Positions 19,576 through 29,411 of a DNA stretch of 64,000 nt are shown in pieces. Below the pieces are notes generated by a model. That model was given only the letters and a program-made list of their open reading frames with translations. It was not told the DNA's origin and searched no databases. Source of the stretch: an uncultured Nitrospiraceae bacterium. Its GTDB lineage: Bacteria > Nitrospirota > Thermodesulfovibrionia > Thermodesulfovibrionales > Dissulfurispiraceae. Where the stretch lies: NCBI GenBank assembly GCA_963705105.1, contig CAVPIW010000007.1, forward strand, positions 256,001-320,000. Reading direction: 5' to 3'. How positions within the stretch are numbered: position 1 is the first letter of the stretch; each line of letters begins with the position of its first letter. Both the position numbers and the translations under genes were made by a program.

Positions 19576-20709
19576 TTATATGAGAATCGTCTTCGGAATG
19601 GAAAACCCGTTGAACTCGGAAGCGTATGAGATGGTATAGGCCCCGCTCGACAGTATCAGGATGCGGTTACCGACCTCGGGCTCCGGCAAAAGCACATCCC
19701 GGTCGATCACGTCGAAGCTGTCACAGCTCGGCCCAGCGATCGTCCACCGGACCGGTTCGCTCCTGCTCCCCACGACATATTGGTATTTGATGCCCCCGAT
19801 GCTTTCCATGAGCCCGTTGAAGACGCCGACATCGATATACAGCCAGTTCTCATCGCCCCTCCGGGCTTTCCCGATGACCGTCGACACGAATATGCCGGCA
19901 TCACCGACGACGGACCTGCCGGGCTCGATGTGGATCTCCACATCATCGGGAAATTTCTGCGACAGCGACTTGCTGATCTTCTGCTCTATGTTTTCGACGG
20001 ATGCCACATTCTTGCGGTATCTGATCGGGTAGCCTCCCCCTATATTGAGGATCTTCAGCTTGAGACCCGTCCTTTCAACCGCTTCCCACACCTCTTTTGC
20101 CTTGTCGATTGCGGTGCTCCAGTTGTATACATTGTTGCATTGAGACCCCACGTGGAAGGTAATTCCCAGGGGGGCCAGTCCCCTGTCGCCCGCCGCGAGA
20201 AGGAGTTCCGCGGCCTCATCGGTCTCGACGCCGAACTTCTTGCTGAGCGGCCATTCACTCCCCTCATTCGGAACGGAGAGCCGCACATAGACGCCTGCGC
20301 CGGGTGCGTAACGCGCCAGCTTCTCGACTTCGGCGGCAGAGTCGAAAGCATAGGATTTCATGCCGTACGCGACAGCCTGCTCGAGAAACCGGGGACTCTT
20401 GACGGGGTTGCTCGTAATGATCCTCTCCGGTGCGACGCCGAGGGAGGCGAGGATGTCGAGCTCACCCTCAGAGGCGATTTCGAATCCGACGCCGAGGGTA
20501 TTGAGGAAGTCCACAATGGCGGCATCGGGATGGGCCTTGACAGCGTAAAAGACCTTTGAGTTCCTGATCTTCTTCCCGATGAGCAACACCTTCCCCCGGA
20601 CAATGTCCCTGTCGATGAGGAGATAGGGAGGCGCCAGATCACTCGATGCGATGTAGTCGAGCACCTTATGCCACGTCGTTTTACTGATCGATTCGGGTGT
20701 AATATGCAT
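19576..20709 (-). CDS. Fold-type III PLP ornithine/lysine decarboxylase
   Basis: FYAVKA, KFG, HVGSQ, NIGGG, EPGR, GPSCDSFD, GAYT. Confidence 0.92.
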   Translation of the reverse strand: MHITPESISKTTWHKVLDYIASSDLAPPYLLIDRDIVRGKVLLIGKKIRNSKVFYAVKAHPDAAIVDFLNTLGVGFEIASEGELDILASLGVAPERIITSNPVKSPRFLEQAVAYGMKSYAFDSAAEVEKLARYAPGAGVYVRLSVPNEGSEWPLSKKFGVETDEAAELLLAAGDRGLAPLGITFHVGSQCNNVYNWSTAIDKAKEVWEAVERTGLKLKILNIGGGYPIRYRKNVASVENIEQKISKSLSQKFPDDVEIHIEPGRSVVGDAGIFVSTVIGKARRGDENWLYIDVGVFNGLMESIGGIKYQYVVGSRSEPVRWTIAGPSCDSFDVIDRDVLLPEPEVGNRILILSSGAYTISYASEFNGFSIPKTILI

Positions 20710-20798
20710 ACGCTGCTCCGTTCAGACCCCTGTTTAGGGGCAAATTGGATAATAAAGGCTTTTCACTCACACTCACACTCACACTGTTTGAGGTTTAA

Positions 20799-20967
20799 CC
20801 CTGTAGTTGTATAAAAAGGCGGGGCGAAGCGCTCTGAAAAATAGTGACAGTGACAGTGTGAGTGTCAGCATATGCCCACCTTAATCTTATTATGTTACGG
20901 TGTCGCCGCATCAAGGTTTTCGGCGCATACGCCCCGCCTTTCCCGGAAGTGTATTGCAACGACAAGG
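20799..20967. mobile_element. Modular MITE (A+B)
   Basis: Perfect TTAA duplication at 20795-20798 and 20968-20971. Confidence 0.9.
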
Positions 20968-21011
20968 TTAATTATATATCAACGGGAGGCGCTCGTGCCC
21001 AAAGCGGCTTA

Positions 21012-21066
21012 CAGCGTGACATTGAAAACGAGGTTGAGGCATGGTTTCTGAAGCAAAATTCACGGG
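21012..21066 (+). repeat. Dispersed repeat J (inverted copy at 48524-48578, partial copy at 16463-16481)
   Basis: TTGAAAACGAGG...TGGTTTCTGAAGCAAAATTCACGGG shared between copies. Confidence 0.75.
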
Positions 21067-21138
21067 CACCTATCCTCGTGTCAGATCATCCTGGACATCA
21101 GGGAACGGGCGGGGGTCCGTAAAAGGCGGGACTGTGGC

Positions 21139-21178
21139 GTACCGGCGCCGCCGGACGACAAGCCTGCGGCGCCGGTAC
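21139..21178. terminator. Hairpin downstream of the NosL-like gene
   Basis: GTACCGGCGCCGC...GCGGCGCCGGTAC 13-bp inverted repeat. Confidence 0.5.
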
Positions 21179-21191
21179 AATTTGCCGATGA

Positions 21192-21710
21192 TTAGTGATG
21201 CTTGTGCTCGGAACCTTTCATTTTCATCATCTTTCTCTTCTCACGAATCATCTTCGAGTCTTCATACATATCCTCATAGGCAGCCTTGATCGCCTCGTCG
21301 AATGAGGAGATCTTTCCCCCGTTGTCCTTGACGAACTTCTCGGCGTCCTCTTTCTTCGCGAAGGCCCACTTGGCCCTTTTCGTCATCACGCCCATCTTGT
21401 TACCGCCGACGACCCAGACGGCCTTCTCGGCGTCGACGAGATCCTTCGTGTTGAAATCCGCGACCTTGATCTCCTTCGGATTCTTGTCGATGTTGAGGGC
21501 CAGATCAACTGCCGCGCAATGAAGACTGCAGAGGCCGACTTTCATGCCGTCATCATATTCGATGTACATACGGCTGTGCCCGAACTTTTCCCTGTCCATG
21601 CCGCAATACTTGCAGGACTGGATGCCTTCGACAGCCGCCTGTGCGACGGCGATGCCCAGGCAGAAGACCATCAGGAGAGCCGAAATCCCGAAAATTATCC
21701 TTTTATTCAT
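21192..21710 (-). CDS. NosL-family periplasmic copper-binding protein
   Basis: Signal peptide, CKYCGM, CSLHC, GVMT...WAF; Met/His-rich tail. Confidence 0.85.
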   Translation of the reverse strand: MNKRIIFGISALLMVFCLGIAVAQAAVEGIQSCKYCGMDREKFGHSRMYIEYDDGMKVGLCSLHCAAVDLALNIDKNPKEIKVADFNTKDLVDAEKAVWVVGGNKMGVMTKRAKWAFAKKEDAEKFVKDNGGKISSFDEAIKAAYEDMYEDSKMIREKRKMMKMKGSEHKHH

Positions 21711-21841
21711 GATTTCCTCCTTGTTTTTCTGACCGAAATAATGCGGACTGAACCATCGTTCCGCGATGCAAAGCACGGGAAAGATGGATTGCAGAAGGAC
21801 GACGCGGATGATGCACTCTCCGCCGGGTCACTTCCGCACCG

Positions 21842-22222
21842 CTAAGGATTTCTCAATGTGGTGTGACGGTTGTCGTCAGGCGGAGGCCTGTCGGGAGGGC
21901 TCCTGTATCCGCGCGCTTCCGAGTCGCTCAGAAAGACGCGCCTGTGAAACAATCCCGTGCTTCCGCCCAGCGATGCCGCAGGTTCGGAGAGAACCGGTTC
22001 GGCGGAAATTTTCTGATCGTCCTTGTCATAGCACGTGCAGAAGCTCACCGTTGCCGCGTGATTATGCGTGCGACCGCAGGCGCAGGCCGCTTTGCCGTTT
22101 CCGCAGCAGTGGCAGAGGACACCGGCGCTCTTGCACGCCGCAGGAGGGCTGTCAGCTCCAACGCCGCCCAGTGTCCAGATGTAAAACGCGATGAAGATCA
22201 GGATAAATCGCCGCTGGACCAT
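21842..22222 (-). CDS. Cys-rich exported hypothetical protein
   Basis: Hydrophobic N-terminus, CHCC, CAC, CTC, C-terminal PPDRPP. Confidence 0.55.
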   Translation of the reverse strand: MVQRRFILIFIAFYIWTLGGVGADSPPAACKSAGVLCHCCGNGKAACACGRTHNHAATVSFCTCYDKDDQKISAEPVLSEPAASLGGSTGLFHRRVFLSDSEARGYRSPPDRPPPDDNRHTTLRNP

Positions 22223-22366
22223 TTGGTTGTGTAAGTGTCCGTGTCAGTGGCCGTGAAAGGAAAACATTTCAAGTTCATGTCACGCAAAGTTCACTTACCG
22301 TCTCCACATGATAAAATATGACGCATGACAGAGGATTTGTCAATCTTTTCGGATTCGTAAAAAGTC

Positions 22367-22443
22367 GTCATACCCGCGAAAACGGGTATCCAGATTACAA
22401 TAAATGCATAAGAACCATGGATTTCCGTCTGCTCTGGAATGAC
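22367..22443. repeat. Palindromic REP/RPE-type element (GTCAT.CCCGCGAA...GGAATGAC family)
   Basis: GTCATACCCGCGAAAACGGGTATCCA...TGGATTTCCGTCTGCTCTGGAATGAC. Confidence 0.75.
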
Positions 22444-22553
22444 AGGCGAGGGCTGCGTTGGGCAGTTTAGGAGGTCGTCAATCTTCGTTCTTGGTTTCTG
22501 TGTCATTGTCGGTTCGAGAGGATCACAGGGTGAATCGTCACCGATTGCCCCGG

Positions 22554-23264
22554 TTAACGGGGCGTCGGGAATGTCTGCACATTCGAAGGTGCCGGCTGTC
22601 CGCCCGGCGGGGCGACAGGCATTGACCGGAACGGGATGACGAGGACCGTCGAGAATGCCCCTTTCTTCAAAGTCAGCCTCACCTTCTCCGGAATCGTCGT
22701 GTTATCGTCCCATTCTTCCACCCACTCACCTTCTTCCTCCGCGGGGGCTTTATAAAAGTACTCAAAAGACAGGATGTCGCAGCCTTCGAAAAGCGTCGTC
22801 GTCCTGTTCTCCTCGATCCCTATGGTGTTTTCCGAGAGGCGGAGGAAAAATTTACCGGCGCTGTCCGCCTCGACGTCATAAGAGACGGTGACGTATCCCC
22901 TCTGGCCCCCCCAGAGCGAATAATTGGAGGCAAACTGCATCGAGTTTTTTCCCCCCTGGAAAAAGTATTTCTGCTCGGCGTCCTCTTCATACGTCAGGGG
23001 CGCCTGTGACTGGATCTGTGCATCGATGACGGACAGGGAAGTCCTGAACCGTTCAAGGGCGTCGGCTTTTTGCTCGCCCGACTCGACGGAACGGGTGCTC
23101 AGCCGCAGGGCGCCGATGATGATGACGATGACAAGGGCGATGAGGGTTATGGAGAGGAGCAGTTCGAGAAGAGTGAACCCGCTGGACGGACCCCGCAGAG
23201 GGGCGGCCCGCAGGAGCAGCTGGAAACGACTCTGCCCGGCGCCGTGTATAGAACGTGTTTCCAT
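22554..23264 (-). CDS. T2SS minor pseudopilin, GspJ-like
   Basis: GFTLLELLLSI prepilin motif, C-terminal EW...IPEKV. Confidence 0.8.
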   Translation of the reverse strand: METRSIHGAGQSRFQLLLRAAPLRGPSSGFTLLELLLSITLIALVIVIIIGALRLSTRSVESGEQKADALERFRTSLSVIDAQIQSQAPLTYEEDAEQKYFFQGGKNSMQFASNYSLWGGQRGYVTVSYDVEADSAGKFFLRLSENTIGIEENRTTTLFEGCDILSFEYFYKAPAEEEGEWVEEWDDNTTIPEKVRLTLKKGAFSTVLVIPFRSMPVAPPGGQPAPSNVQTFPTPR

Positions 23265-23275
23265 CCCCCGGCTGC

Positions 23276-23668
23276 CTATATCTTTCGCTTGACGACCCTC
23301 ATGGTCCTCAGCGTGGTGCTTTTTTCCTGAAGCCCCTGAAGCCACCGGACGGTAAGGACGATCTCGTAGAGACGGACCTGGAGTCCTTCCGTCCGTTCTG
23401 CAAGGACTTCGGCAATGGAGACGTCCATCCTGTATCCCATTTCGTCGGTCTCGCTCCACGTCCTCTCCTCGATCTCCGACTCATCGAGGTCCAGGATCTC
23501 CCGCATCCACGACTCCGCCCTGACGACGCCGTTGACCTGTCCTTCCGACATCGAGAGGGCGCGCAGGTTGGCCGAGAAGAGCTGCATGATCACTGTCACG
23601 GCGATTCCGAGGAGTGACAGGGCGACGAGCACCTCGAGGAGGGTGAACCCGCTGTCCCGTGTTTTCAC
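23276..23668 (-). CDS. T2SS minor pseudopilin, GspI-like
   Basis: GFTLLEVLVAL. Confidence 0.8.
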   Translation of the reverse strand: MKTRDSGFTLLEVLVALSLLGIAVTVIMQLFSANLRALSMSEGQVNGVVRAESWMREILDLDESEIEERTWSETDEMGYRMDVSIAEVLAERTEGLQVRLYEIVLTVRWLQGLQEKSTTLRTMRVVKRKI

Positions 23669-24126
23669 CGGACCGACTCCTTCGTCACGACGGACCCGAC
23701 GACGGGATCGAGTTCGATCTTGACGGACCGTTTCTCCGTCGAAAGTATGATCGTCCCGCCCTCCACGCCCCCGCCCGCCCTGAAAAGGATCCGGTGGGTT
23801 CCTTTCAGCACCTCGCCTTCGTAGGGATCGATCACCCTGAGCTGGACCGGCGGAGGGATGACCTTTGTCCCCTTTCCTTCGAGGGTATAGGAGCGGCCGT
23901 CGATATCGATCGTGATCGTCTGGTCTTCACCATGGAGCCGGGCGAGGGCCCGCGCGTGCTTGATCGTTGCGGCGACCTCCCTGGCGGTGCTGCTGAACTT
24001 GCCCGCCGAAAGGGTATTGACGAAAAAAACGGTGACGATGCCGAGAATGATTGCGATGAGCAGCATCACGATGATGAGCTCGAGGAGGGTGAAGCCCCTT
24101 TCGTTTCCCTGTCCTCCCGGCGGCAT
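23665..24126 (-). CDS. T2SS minor pseudopilin, GspH/FimT-like
   Basis: GFTLLELIIVM. Confidence 0.8.
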   Translation of the reverse strand: MPPGGQGNERGFTLLELIIVMLLIAIILGIVTVFFVNTLSAGKFSSTAREVAATIKHARALARLHGEDQTITIDIDGRSYTLEGKGTKVIPPPVQLRVIDPYEGEVLKGTHRILFRAGGGVEGGTIILSTEKRSVKIELDPVVGSVVTKESVR

Positions 24127-24127
24127 G

Positions 24128-25321
24128 TCAGAAGGGGATTTCGGTGATGCTGAAGATCGCCATGAGCATCGACAGCACGATGAACCCGATGACCAGCCCC
24201 ATTCCGAGGATCATCGCCGGCTCGAGAAAGCCCATAAATTTCTTGATCGACACCCTGAGGCTCCTCTCGTAGGTCGTCGCGACGGTAAGGAGCATCGCAT
24301 CGAGCTGACCCGTCTCCTCGCCGACCTTGATCATCGAGATGGCGAGGGGAGGGAAAATCTGTGCGTTCGAAAGGGGAACGGCAAGACCCTTGCCTTCCTT
24401 CGCTCCCTTGGCGACGGCATCGATGGCCGACGAGAGGACCGTGTTCGTTATGACGTCTTTCGAGTTGTTCAGGGCCTGGAGCAGGGGCACGCCGCTCCGT
24501 AGCAGTGTGCCGAGGGTCCTGCAGAAACGGGCCGTCTCGAGTTTCGTGATCAGTTCGCCCATGAGTTTCAGCTTCAGGGCGTCCCAGTGTCGCCGGCCGT
24601 TTTCGCTCCTGATGTATTTGCTGAAGATGACGGAAAACGCCGCGGCCGCTCCGAGGACGAGCCACCAGTATGTCTTCATCCCGTCGCTGAAGGACAGGAG
24701 CAGCTGCGTCGGAAGGGGAAGGGAACCGCCGATTTCGGCAAAGATGACGGAGAACTTCGGCAGGACGTAGGTGAGAAGGATGATAATCGAAAGCCCGCCG
24801 GTGAGCATGAGAATAACGGGGTAGATCATTGCCGACACGACATGGTCCTTCAGTTCCTTTGACGACTCCAGGAACTCGTTCAGCTTGTCGAGGACGACGT
24901 CGAGCACTCCCCCGGCTTCGCCGGCCCTCACCATGTTGACATAAAGGCGCGGGAACACTTTCGGGTATTTCTGGAGCGCCTCCGAAAAAGAGCTGCCCTC
25001 ACGGATCGATTTCAGCACGCCCTGAATGACGTCTTTCATCTCGGGACTCTCGGAGATTTCGGTGAGGATATTCAGGCCCCTGTCGAGGGGGAGGCCGGCG
25101 GTCAGGAGAGCGGAAAGCTCCGTCGTGAAGGTCAGGAGGTCTGCCTTCGAAGAGCGGAGACTGAAGCGCTTCCCGAGACTCTCCTTCGTTACGGCGATCT
25201 TGATCGGGATAACGCCGGTGTTCTTCAGCCGGTCAACGGCCCCGGGCTCATCGGCGGCCTCGATGAATCCCTCGATGACGGCGCCTTCCCGTGTCGTCGC
25301 CTTATAGGAAAATATGGGCAT
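24128..25321 (-). CDS. gspF: T2SS inner-membrane platform protein
   Basis: AGEAGG.LD, YP, GEETGQLD, EP repeats. Confidence 0.9.
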   Translation of the reverse strand: MPIFSYKATTREGAVIEGFIEAADEPGAVDRLKNTGVIPIKIAVTKESLGKRFSLRSSKADLLTFTTELSALLTAGLPLDRGLNILTEISESPEMKDVIQGVLKSIREGSSFSEALQKYPKVFPRLYVNMVRAGEAGGVLDVVLDKLNEFLESSKELKDHVVSAMIYPVILMLTGGLSIIILLTYVLPKFSVIFAEIGGSLPLPTQLLLSFSDGMKTYWWLVLGAAAAFSVIFSKYIRSENGRRHWDALKLKLMGELITKLETARFCRTLGTLLRSGVPLLQALNNSKDVITNTVLSSAIDAVAKGAKEGKGLAVPLSNAQIFPPLAISMIKVGEETGQLDAMLLTVATTYERSLRVSIKKFMGFLEPAMILGMGLVIGFIVLSMLMAIFSITEIPF

Positions 25322-26859
25322 TAAAACTCCTGGGTCACCCTGAGGACCTCGCTCAATGTCGTCACGCCCTGCCTGATCTTTTGTGCGCCGTCCTCGAGGA
25401 GCGTTCTCATCCCGCTTGCCCTGGCGGCCTGCCTGATCTCGTTCGAGTCTGCGTTGGTGAGGATCATTTTCCTCATGGCGTCTTCGACGACAAGGAGTTC
25501 ATAGATGCCCAGCCTTCCGAAATACCCGGTATGGGCGCAGGTCTCACAGCCCCTGCCGCGATGAACAGGCACGTCCTTCCCGATCCCAAGGGAAAGCAGC
25601 TCCTCCCTCCCCGGCGGGTCCGGATCCACTTCCTTGCAGGCAGGGTCGATGACCCTCACGAGTCTCTGCGCCAGAATGCCCCTGACGGTAGATGAGAGAA
25701 GGAAGTTCTCGACGCCCATGTCGAGGAGCCTCGTGATCGCGCTCGGCGCGTCGTTCGTATGAAGGGTCGAAAAGACGAGATGACCGGTCAGGGCGGACTG
25801 GATGGCGATCTCGGCCGTCTCGAGGTCCCTGATCTCGCCGATCATGATGATGTCCGGGTCCTGCCTGACGATGTGCCTGAGCGTATTCGCAAAGTTCAGA
25901 CCGATCTGGGGCTTCACCTGGATCTGGTTGACTCCCTTGAGCTGGTACTCGACGGGATCTTCAACGGTGATTATTTTTCTGTCCGGCGAGTTGATTTTGT
26001 CGAGGGCGCCGTAAAGGGTCGTCGTCTTGCCGCTCCCTGTCGGGCCGGTGACGAGGATGATGCCGTTCGGTTTGTTGATGAGGGTATTGAAAGAGGTCAG
26101 CGTGTCGGGCGGAAACCCGAGCAGCTCGAGGTCGATGACGATCCCTTCCTTCTTGAGGATACGCATGACCACGCTCTCTCCGAACAGGACGGGTATCGTG
26201 GAGACCCTGAGGTCGATCTCGCGCTCGGAGACTTTGAGCCTGATGCGGCCGTCCTGGGGGAGCCTCCGTTCGGCGATGTTCAGTTTCGCCATGAGCTTGA
26301 TCCTCGACACAATCGCCGCCTGGAGCTTCTTCGGTATGGGCTCGATATCGTGGAGCACGCCGTCTATGCGGTACCTGACCTTCAGTTCGTCCTCAAAGGG
26401 CTCTATGTGAATGTCACTGGCGCGACTCTCGACGGCACGGGATATGATGAGGTTGACGAGCTTGATGATCGGCGCCTCGGCGGCGAGATCCTTCAGGTGC
26501 CCGATGTCCTCTTCCTCTTCGCGGAGGAACTCGATGCCCCCGCCGATATCCTCGATGATCCTGTTCATGTTTTGGGAGTCCTGGCCGTAGAACCGCGCAA
26601 GGTATTCGTTCACTGCATGGGGATCGACAGCGAATACGACGACGTCGGCGGAGAGGGCGACCTGCAGGGCGTCGATCGTTTCCTTGTCCTCCGGATCGGC
26701 CATGGCGACCTTGAGGACATTGTTCTTGAATTCAATGGGGACGACGCGGTTTTCCTGGATAAACCGCGACGAGACACCGTTGAGAACAAGGGGGACTTTG
26801 GGGAGGTCTTCGCCCTTGATAAAGGGGATTTCCCCGACGGAAGCTTCTCTGTCAGCCAT
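25321..26859 (-). CDS. gspE: T2SS ATPase
   Basis: GPTGSGKTT, EDPVE, RQDPD, GEIRD, STLHTN. Confidence 0.93.
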   Translation of the reverse strand: MADREASVGEIPFIKGEDLPKVPLVLNGVSSRFIQENRVVPIEFKNNVLKVAMADPEDKETIDALQVALSADVVVFAVDPHAVNEYLARFYGQDSQNMNRIIEDIGGGIEFLREEEEDIGHLKDLAAEAPIIKLVNLIISRAVESRASDIHIEPFEDELKVRYRIDGVLHDIEPIPKKLQAAIVSRIKLMAKLNIAERRLPQDGRIRLKVSEREIDLRVSTIPVLFGESVVMRILKKEGIVIDLELLGFPPDTLTSFNTLINKPNGIILVTGPTGSGKTTTLYGALDKINSPDRKIITVEDPVEYQLKGVNQIQVKPQIGLNFANTLRHIVRQDPDIIMIGEIRDLETAEIAIQSALTGHLVFSTLHTNDAPSAITRLLDMGVENFLLSSTVRGILAQRLVRVIDPACKEVDPDPPGREELLSLGIGKDVPVHRGRGCETCAHTGYFGRLGIYELLVVEDAMRKMILTNADSNEIRQAARASGMRTLLEDGAQKIRQGVTTLSEVLRVTQEF

Positions 26860-26982
26860 TTTTCATTATACCACAAGAACAGGACCGCGACCCTTCATCC
26901 CGGCTCCCTCCGGTCTTCTGCATGAGCATCCTCATCACTCTCCCTGAAATGTGGTGACGCTGCCTGCTGCGAAAAAGATTAA

Positions 26983-27368
26983 CCTTTCGTTGCAATACAC
27001 TCCCGGGAAAGGCGGGGCTGGGGTGAATGCGCCGAAAACGAGCGACGCCGTGACAGTCATTAAGTCATTAGCCGGCAGTCAAGCGTCGGAACAAGGCCAC
27101 AAGCATTGGGACGGGGAGGCTGATGTGGTGAAAAGCCTTTCCTCTAAGATACCTTATTCATCACCAGACCACACTTTGCCGTGTCCATTGATACGAAAAG
27201 CCCGTCAGGCAACAGGCGCTGAACACCTTGAAATGTCTCATCATCGCATTGGAAAGGCTTTGAACCATATCTGCCTCCCCGGCGAAACAGCATTTAGAAT
27301 GAAATGATCATCGTCGCCTTCAGCAAGGCTTTGAGGCGCTTTGCCCCCCTTTTCATACAGCTCAAAGG
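26983..27368. mobile_element. Long modular MITE (long end-G-F-E-C'-short end)
   Basis: Both terminal repeats present; flanks TTAA/TTAC. Confidence 0.85.
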
Positions 27369-27442
27369 TTACCTCTGCACGACGGTCGAGAAATCGAAAG
27401 AGGTGTACCTTTCACTGACACTCACACTGATACTGGGGTATA

Positions 27443-28399
27443 ATGACAGATATGTCCGGGTCTTCTTATTCCGTCAGCATCGTCATCCCCACGCTCAATG
27501 CCGAGCGGCACATCAGGAACCTCCTCGATTCGCTGCTGTCGCAGACCGTCCGTTCCGAGATCCTCGTCATCGACTCGTCGTCCGGGGACAGGACCGTTGA
27601 AATCGCGCAGTCCCTGCGGATCCGGACGGAGCTGATCGGGCGGGACGTCTTCGATCACGGCGGAACGAGAAACCTCGGAGTCGCCATGACATCGGGAGAC
27701 ATTGTCGTCTTCCTCACGCAGGACGTCGTTCCGGCCGGCAGGGACCTCATCGGGAATCTCGTTCAACCCTTTCAGGACGAGCGGATTGCCCTGAGTTACG
27801 GCCGGCAGGTAGCAAAAGCGGACGCCACACCGGTCGAGCGGTTCACGCGCTCCTTCAACTACCCCGGCGAGTCCCGTGTCAAGGGAAGAGCGGATGTGGA
27901 GAAACTCGGGATCAAGACGTTCTACTGTTCAAACGCCTGTTCAGCCGTACGGCGCCGCGCCTTCGACGAAGTCGGAGGGTTTCCGTCGCCCATCATCATG
28001 AATGAGGACATGATGATGGCGGCGAAACTCATAACCAGGGGGTACAGCATAGCCTATCAGTCATCGGCGGCGGTGTTTCATTCCCACAATTACTCGCTCC
28101 TGGAGCAGTGCCGCCGCTATTTCGACATCGGCGTTTCGCTGGACAGGAACAGGTGGGTCCTCGGGTATGCCAGGCCCGAGGGCGAGGGTCTCCGGTTCAT
28201 GCGCGAACAGGCCCGGTCCCTCCTTGGAACAGGTCAATGGTACTGGATACCATATGGCATCGCTGAAGGCATTGTAAAACTGCTCGGTTATCGATTAGGA
28301 TTGAATGAACGCCGGATACCACGCTGGATGACAATGGGCCTGACCATGCACCGCCATTATTGGAAAAACGGCGAGAGCCCGGAGCGCCCGGCCCGGTGA
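27443..28399 (+). CDS. GT2 glycosyltransferase, rhamnosyltransferase-like (true start may be 27452)
   Basis: IDSSSGD, FDHGGTRN, FLTQD, EDM, HSHNY. Confidence 0.9.
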   Translation: MTDMSGSSYSVSIVIPTLNAERHIRNLLDSLLSQTVRSEILVIDSSSGDRTVEIAQSLRIRTELIGRDVFDHGGTRNLGVAMTSGDIVVFLTQDVVPAGRDLIGNLVQPFQDERIALSYGRQVAKADATPVERFTRSFNYPGESRVKGRADVEKLGIKTFYCSNACSAVRRRAFDEVGGFPSPIIMNEDMMMAAKLITRGYSIAYQSSAAVFHSHNYSLLEQCRRYFDIGVSLDRNRWVLGYARPEGEGLRFMREQARSLLGTGQWYWIPYGIAEGIVKLLGYRLGLNERRIPRWMTMGLTMHRHYWKNGESPERPAR

Positions 28400-28444
28400 A
28401 AGGAATCGTGCGGAGGATCGTCCAAAAAGTGACTGAGGAGAGTC

Positions 28445-28990
28445 ATGCCGTTTAAATTTACGGAACTCGGACCTCCCGGTGTCATGCTCGTCGAGATCGT
28501 CGCCTTCGGCGACGACAGGGGTTTTTTCGCCGAGACCTACAAGATGAGCGATTTCGTGAAGGCGGGCATCGACCGGCCCTTTGTCCAGGACAACTATTCA
28601 CGGTCGGTAAAGGGCGTCCTCCGCGGGCTGCACTACCAGCTCGATCCTCAGGCGCAGGGAAAGCTCGTCAGGGCCGTCGAGGGTGAGATCTTCGATGTCG
28701 CCGTCGACATCCGGAAGGACTCACCGACATTCAGGAAGTGGATCGGCGTCGTCCTGTCCGGCCCGATGAAGAACATGCTCTGGATACCGGAGGGGTTCGC
28801 CCACGGCTTTGTCGTCCTGTCGGATCAGGCCGACGTCATGTACAAGACGACGGCCGAGTATGCCCCGTCGCTCGACCGGGGGATCATCTGGAATGACGCC
28901 GACATCGGGATCGAATGGCCGCTCGTCGATCCGACCCTCTCCCCCAAAGACGCAAAACTCCCCCCGCTATCAGAAGCCGAGATTTTCTGA
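28445..28990 (+). CDS. rfbC: dTDP-4-dehydrorhamnose 3,5-epimerase
   Basis: DDRGFF, GVLRGLHYQ, GFAHGF. Confidence 0.96.
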   Translation: MPFKFTELGPPGVMLVEIVAFGDDRGFFAETYKMSDFVKAGIDRPFVQDNYSRSVKGVLRGLHYQLDPQAQGKLVRAVEGEIFDVAVDIRKDSPTFRKWIGVVLSGPMKNMLWIPEGFAHGFVVLSDQADVMYKTTAEYAPSLDRGIIWNDADIGIEWPLVDPTLSPKDAKLPPLSEAEIF

Positions 28991-29006
28991 CCGGCACCAT
29001 ACTTTA

Positions 29007-29390
29007 CCTTAACGTTGCAATGGGACCTCCGGAAAGGCGGAGCGTATGCGCCGACAAGCCTCGGTGCTGCGAAACCTTTGCCTTCCCATACAGATCATGT
29101 CAGACAGATGGTGGATGACACGAACGATGAATTCCCGATACACCAATAATAAACGATCATTCTCGCTATCAGCGAGGCATTGAGGCGCGTCGTCCCGCCT
29201 TTTCATTGCAACTGGAAGGTTTACCTTATCGTTGCAACACACTCCCAGGAAAGGCGGGGTGTATGCGCCGAAAACCTTGATGCGGCGACACCGTAGCATA
29301 ATAAGAAAGGTGGGCATATGCTGACACTCACACTGTCACTGTCACTATTTTTCAGAGCGCTTCGCCCCGCCTTTCCAACCAGCCGAAAGG
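29007..29390. mobile_element. Tandem MITEs D+C (29007-29219) and B+A (29224-29390) sharing a TTTA target
   Basis: TTTA|element|TTTA|element|TCTA. Confidence 0.9.
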
Positions 29391-29411
29391 TCTATCCCCG
29401 AGCCGCCGGCG

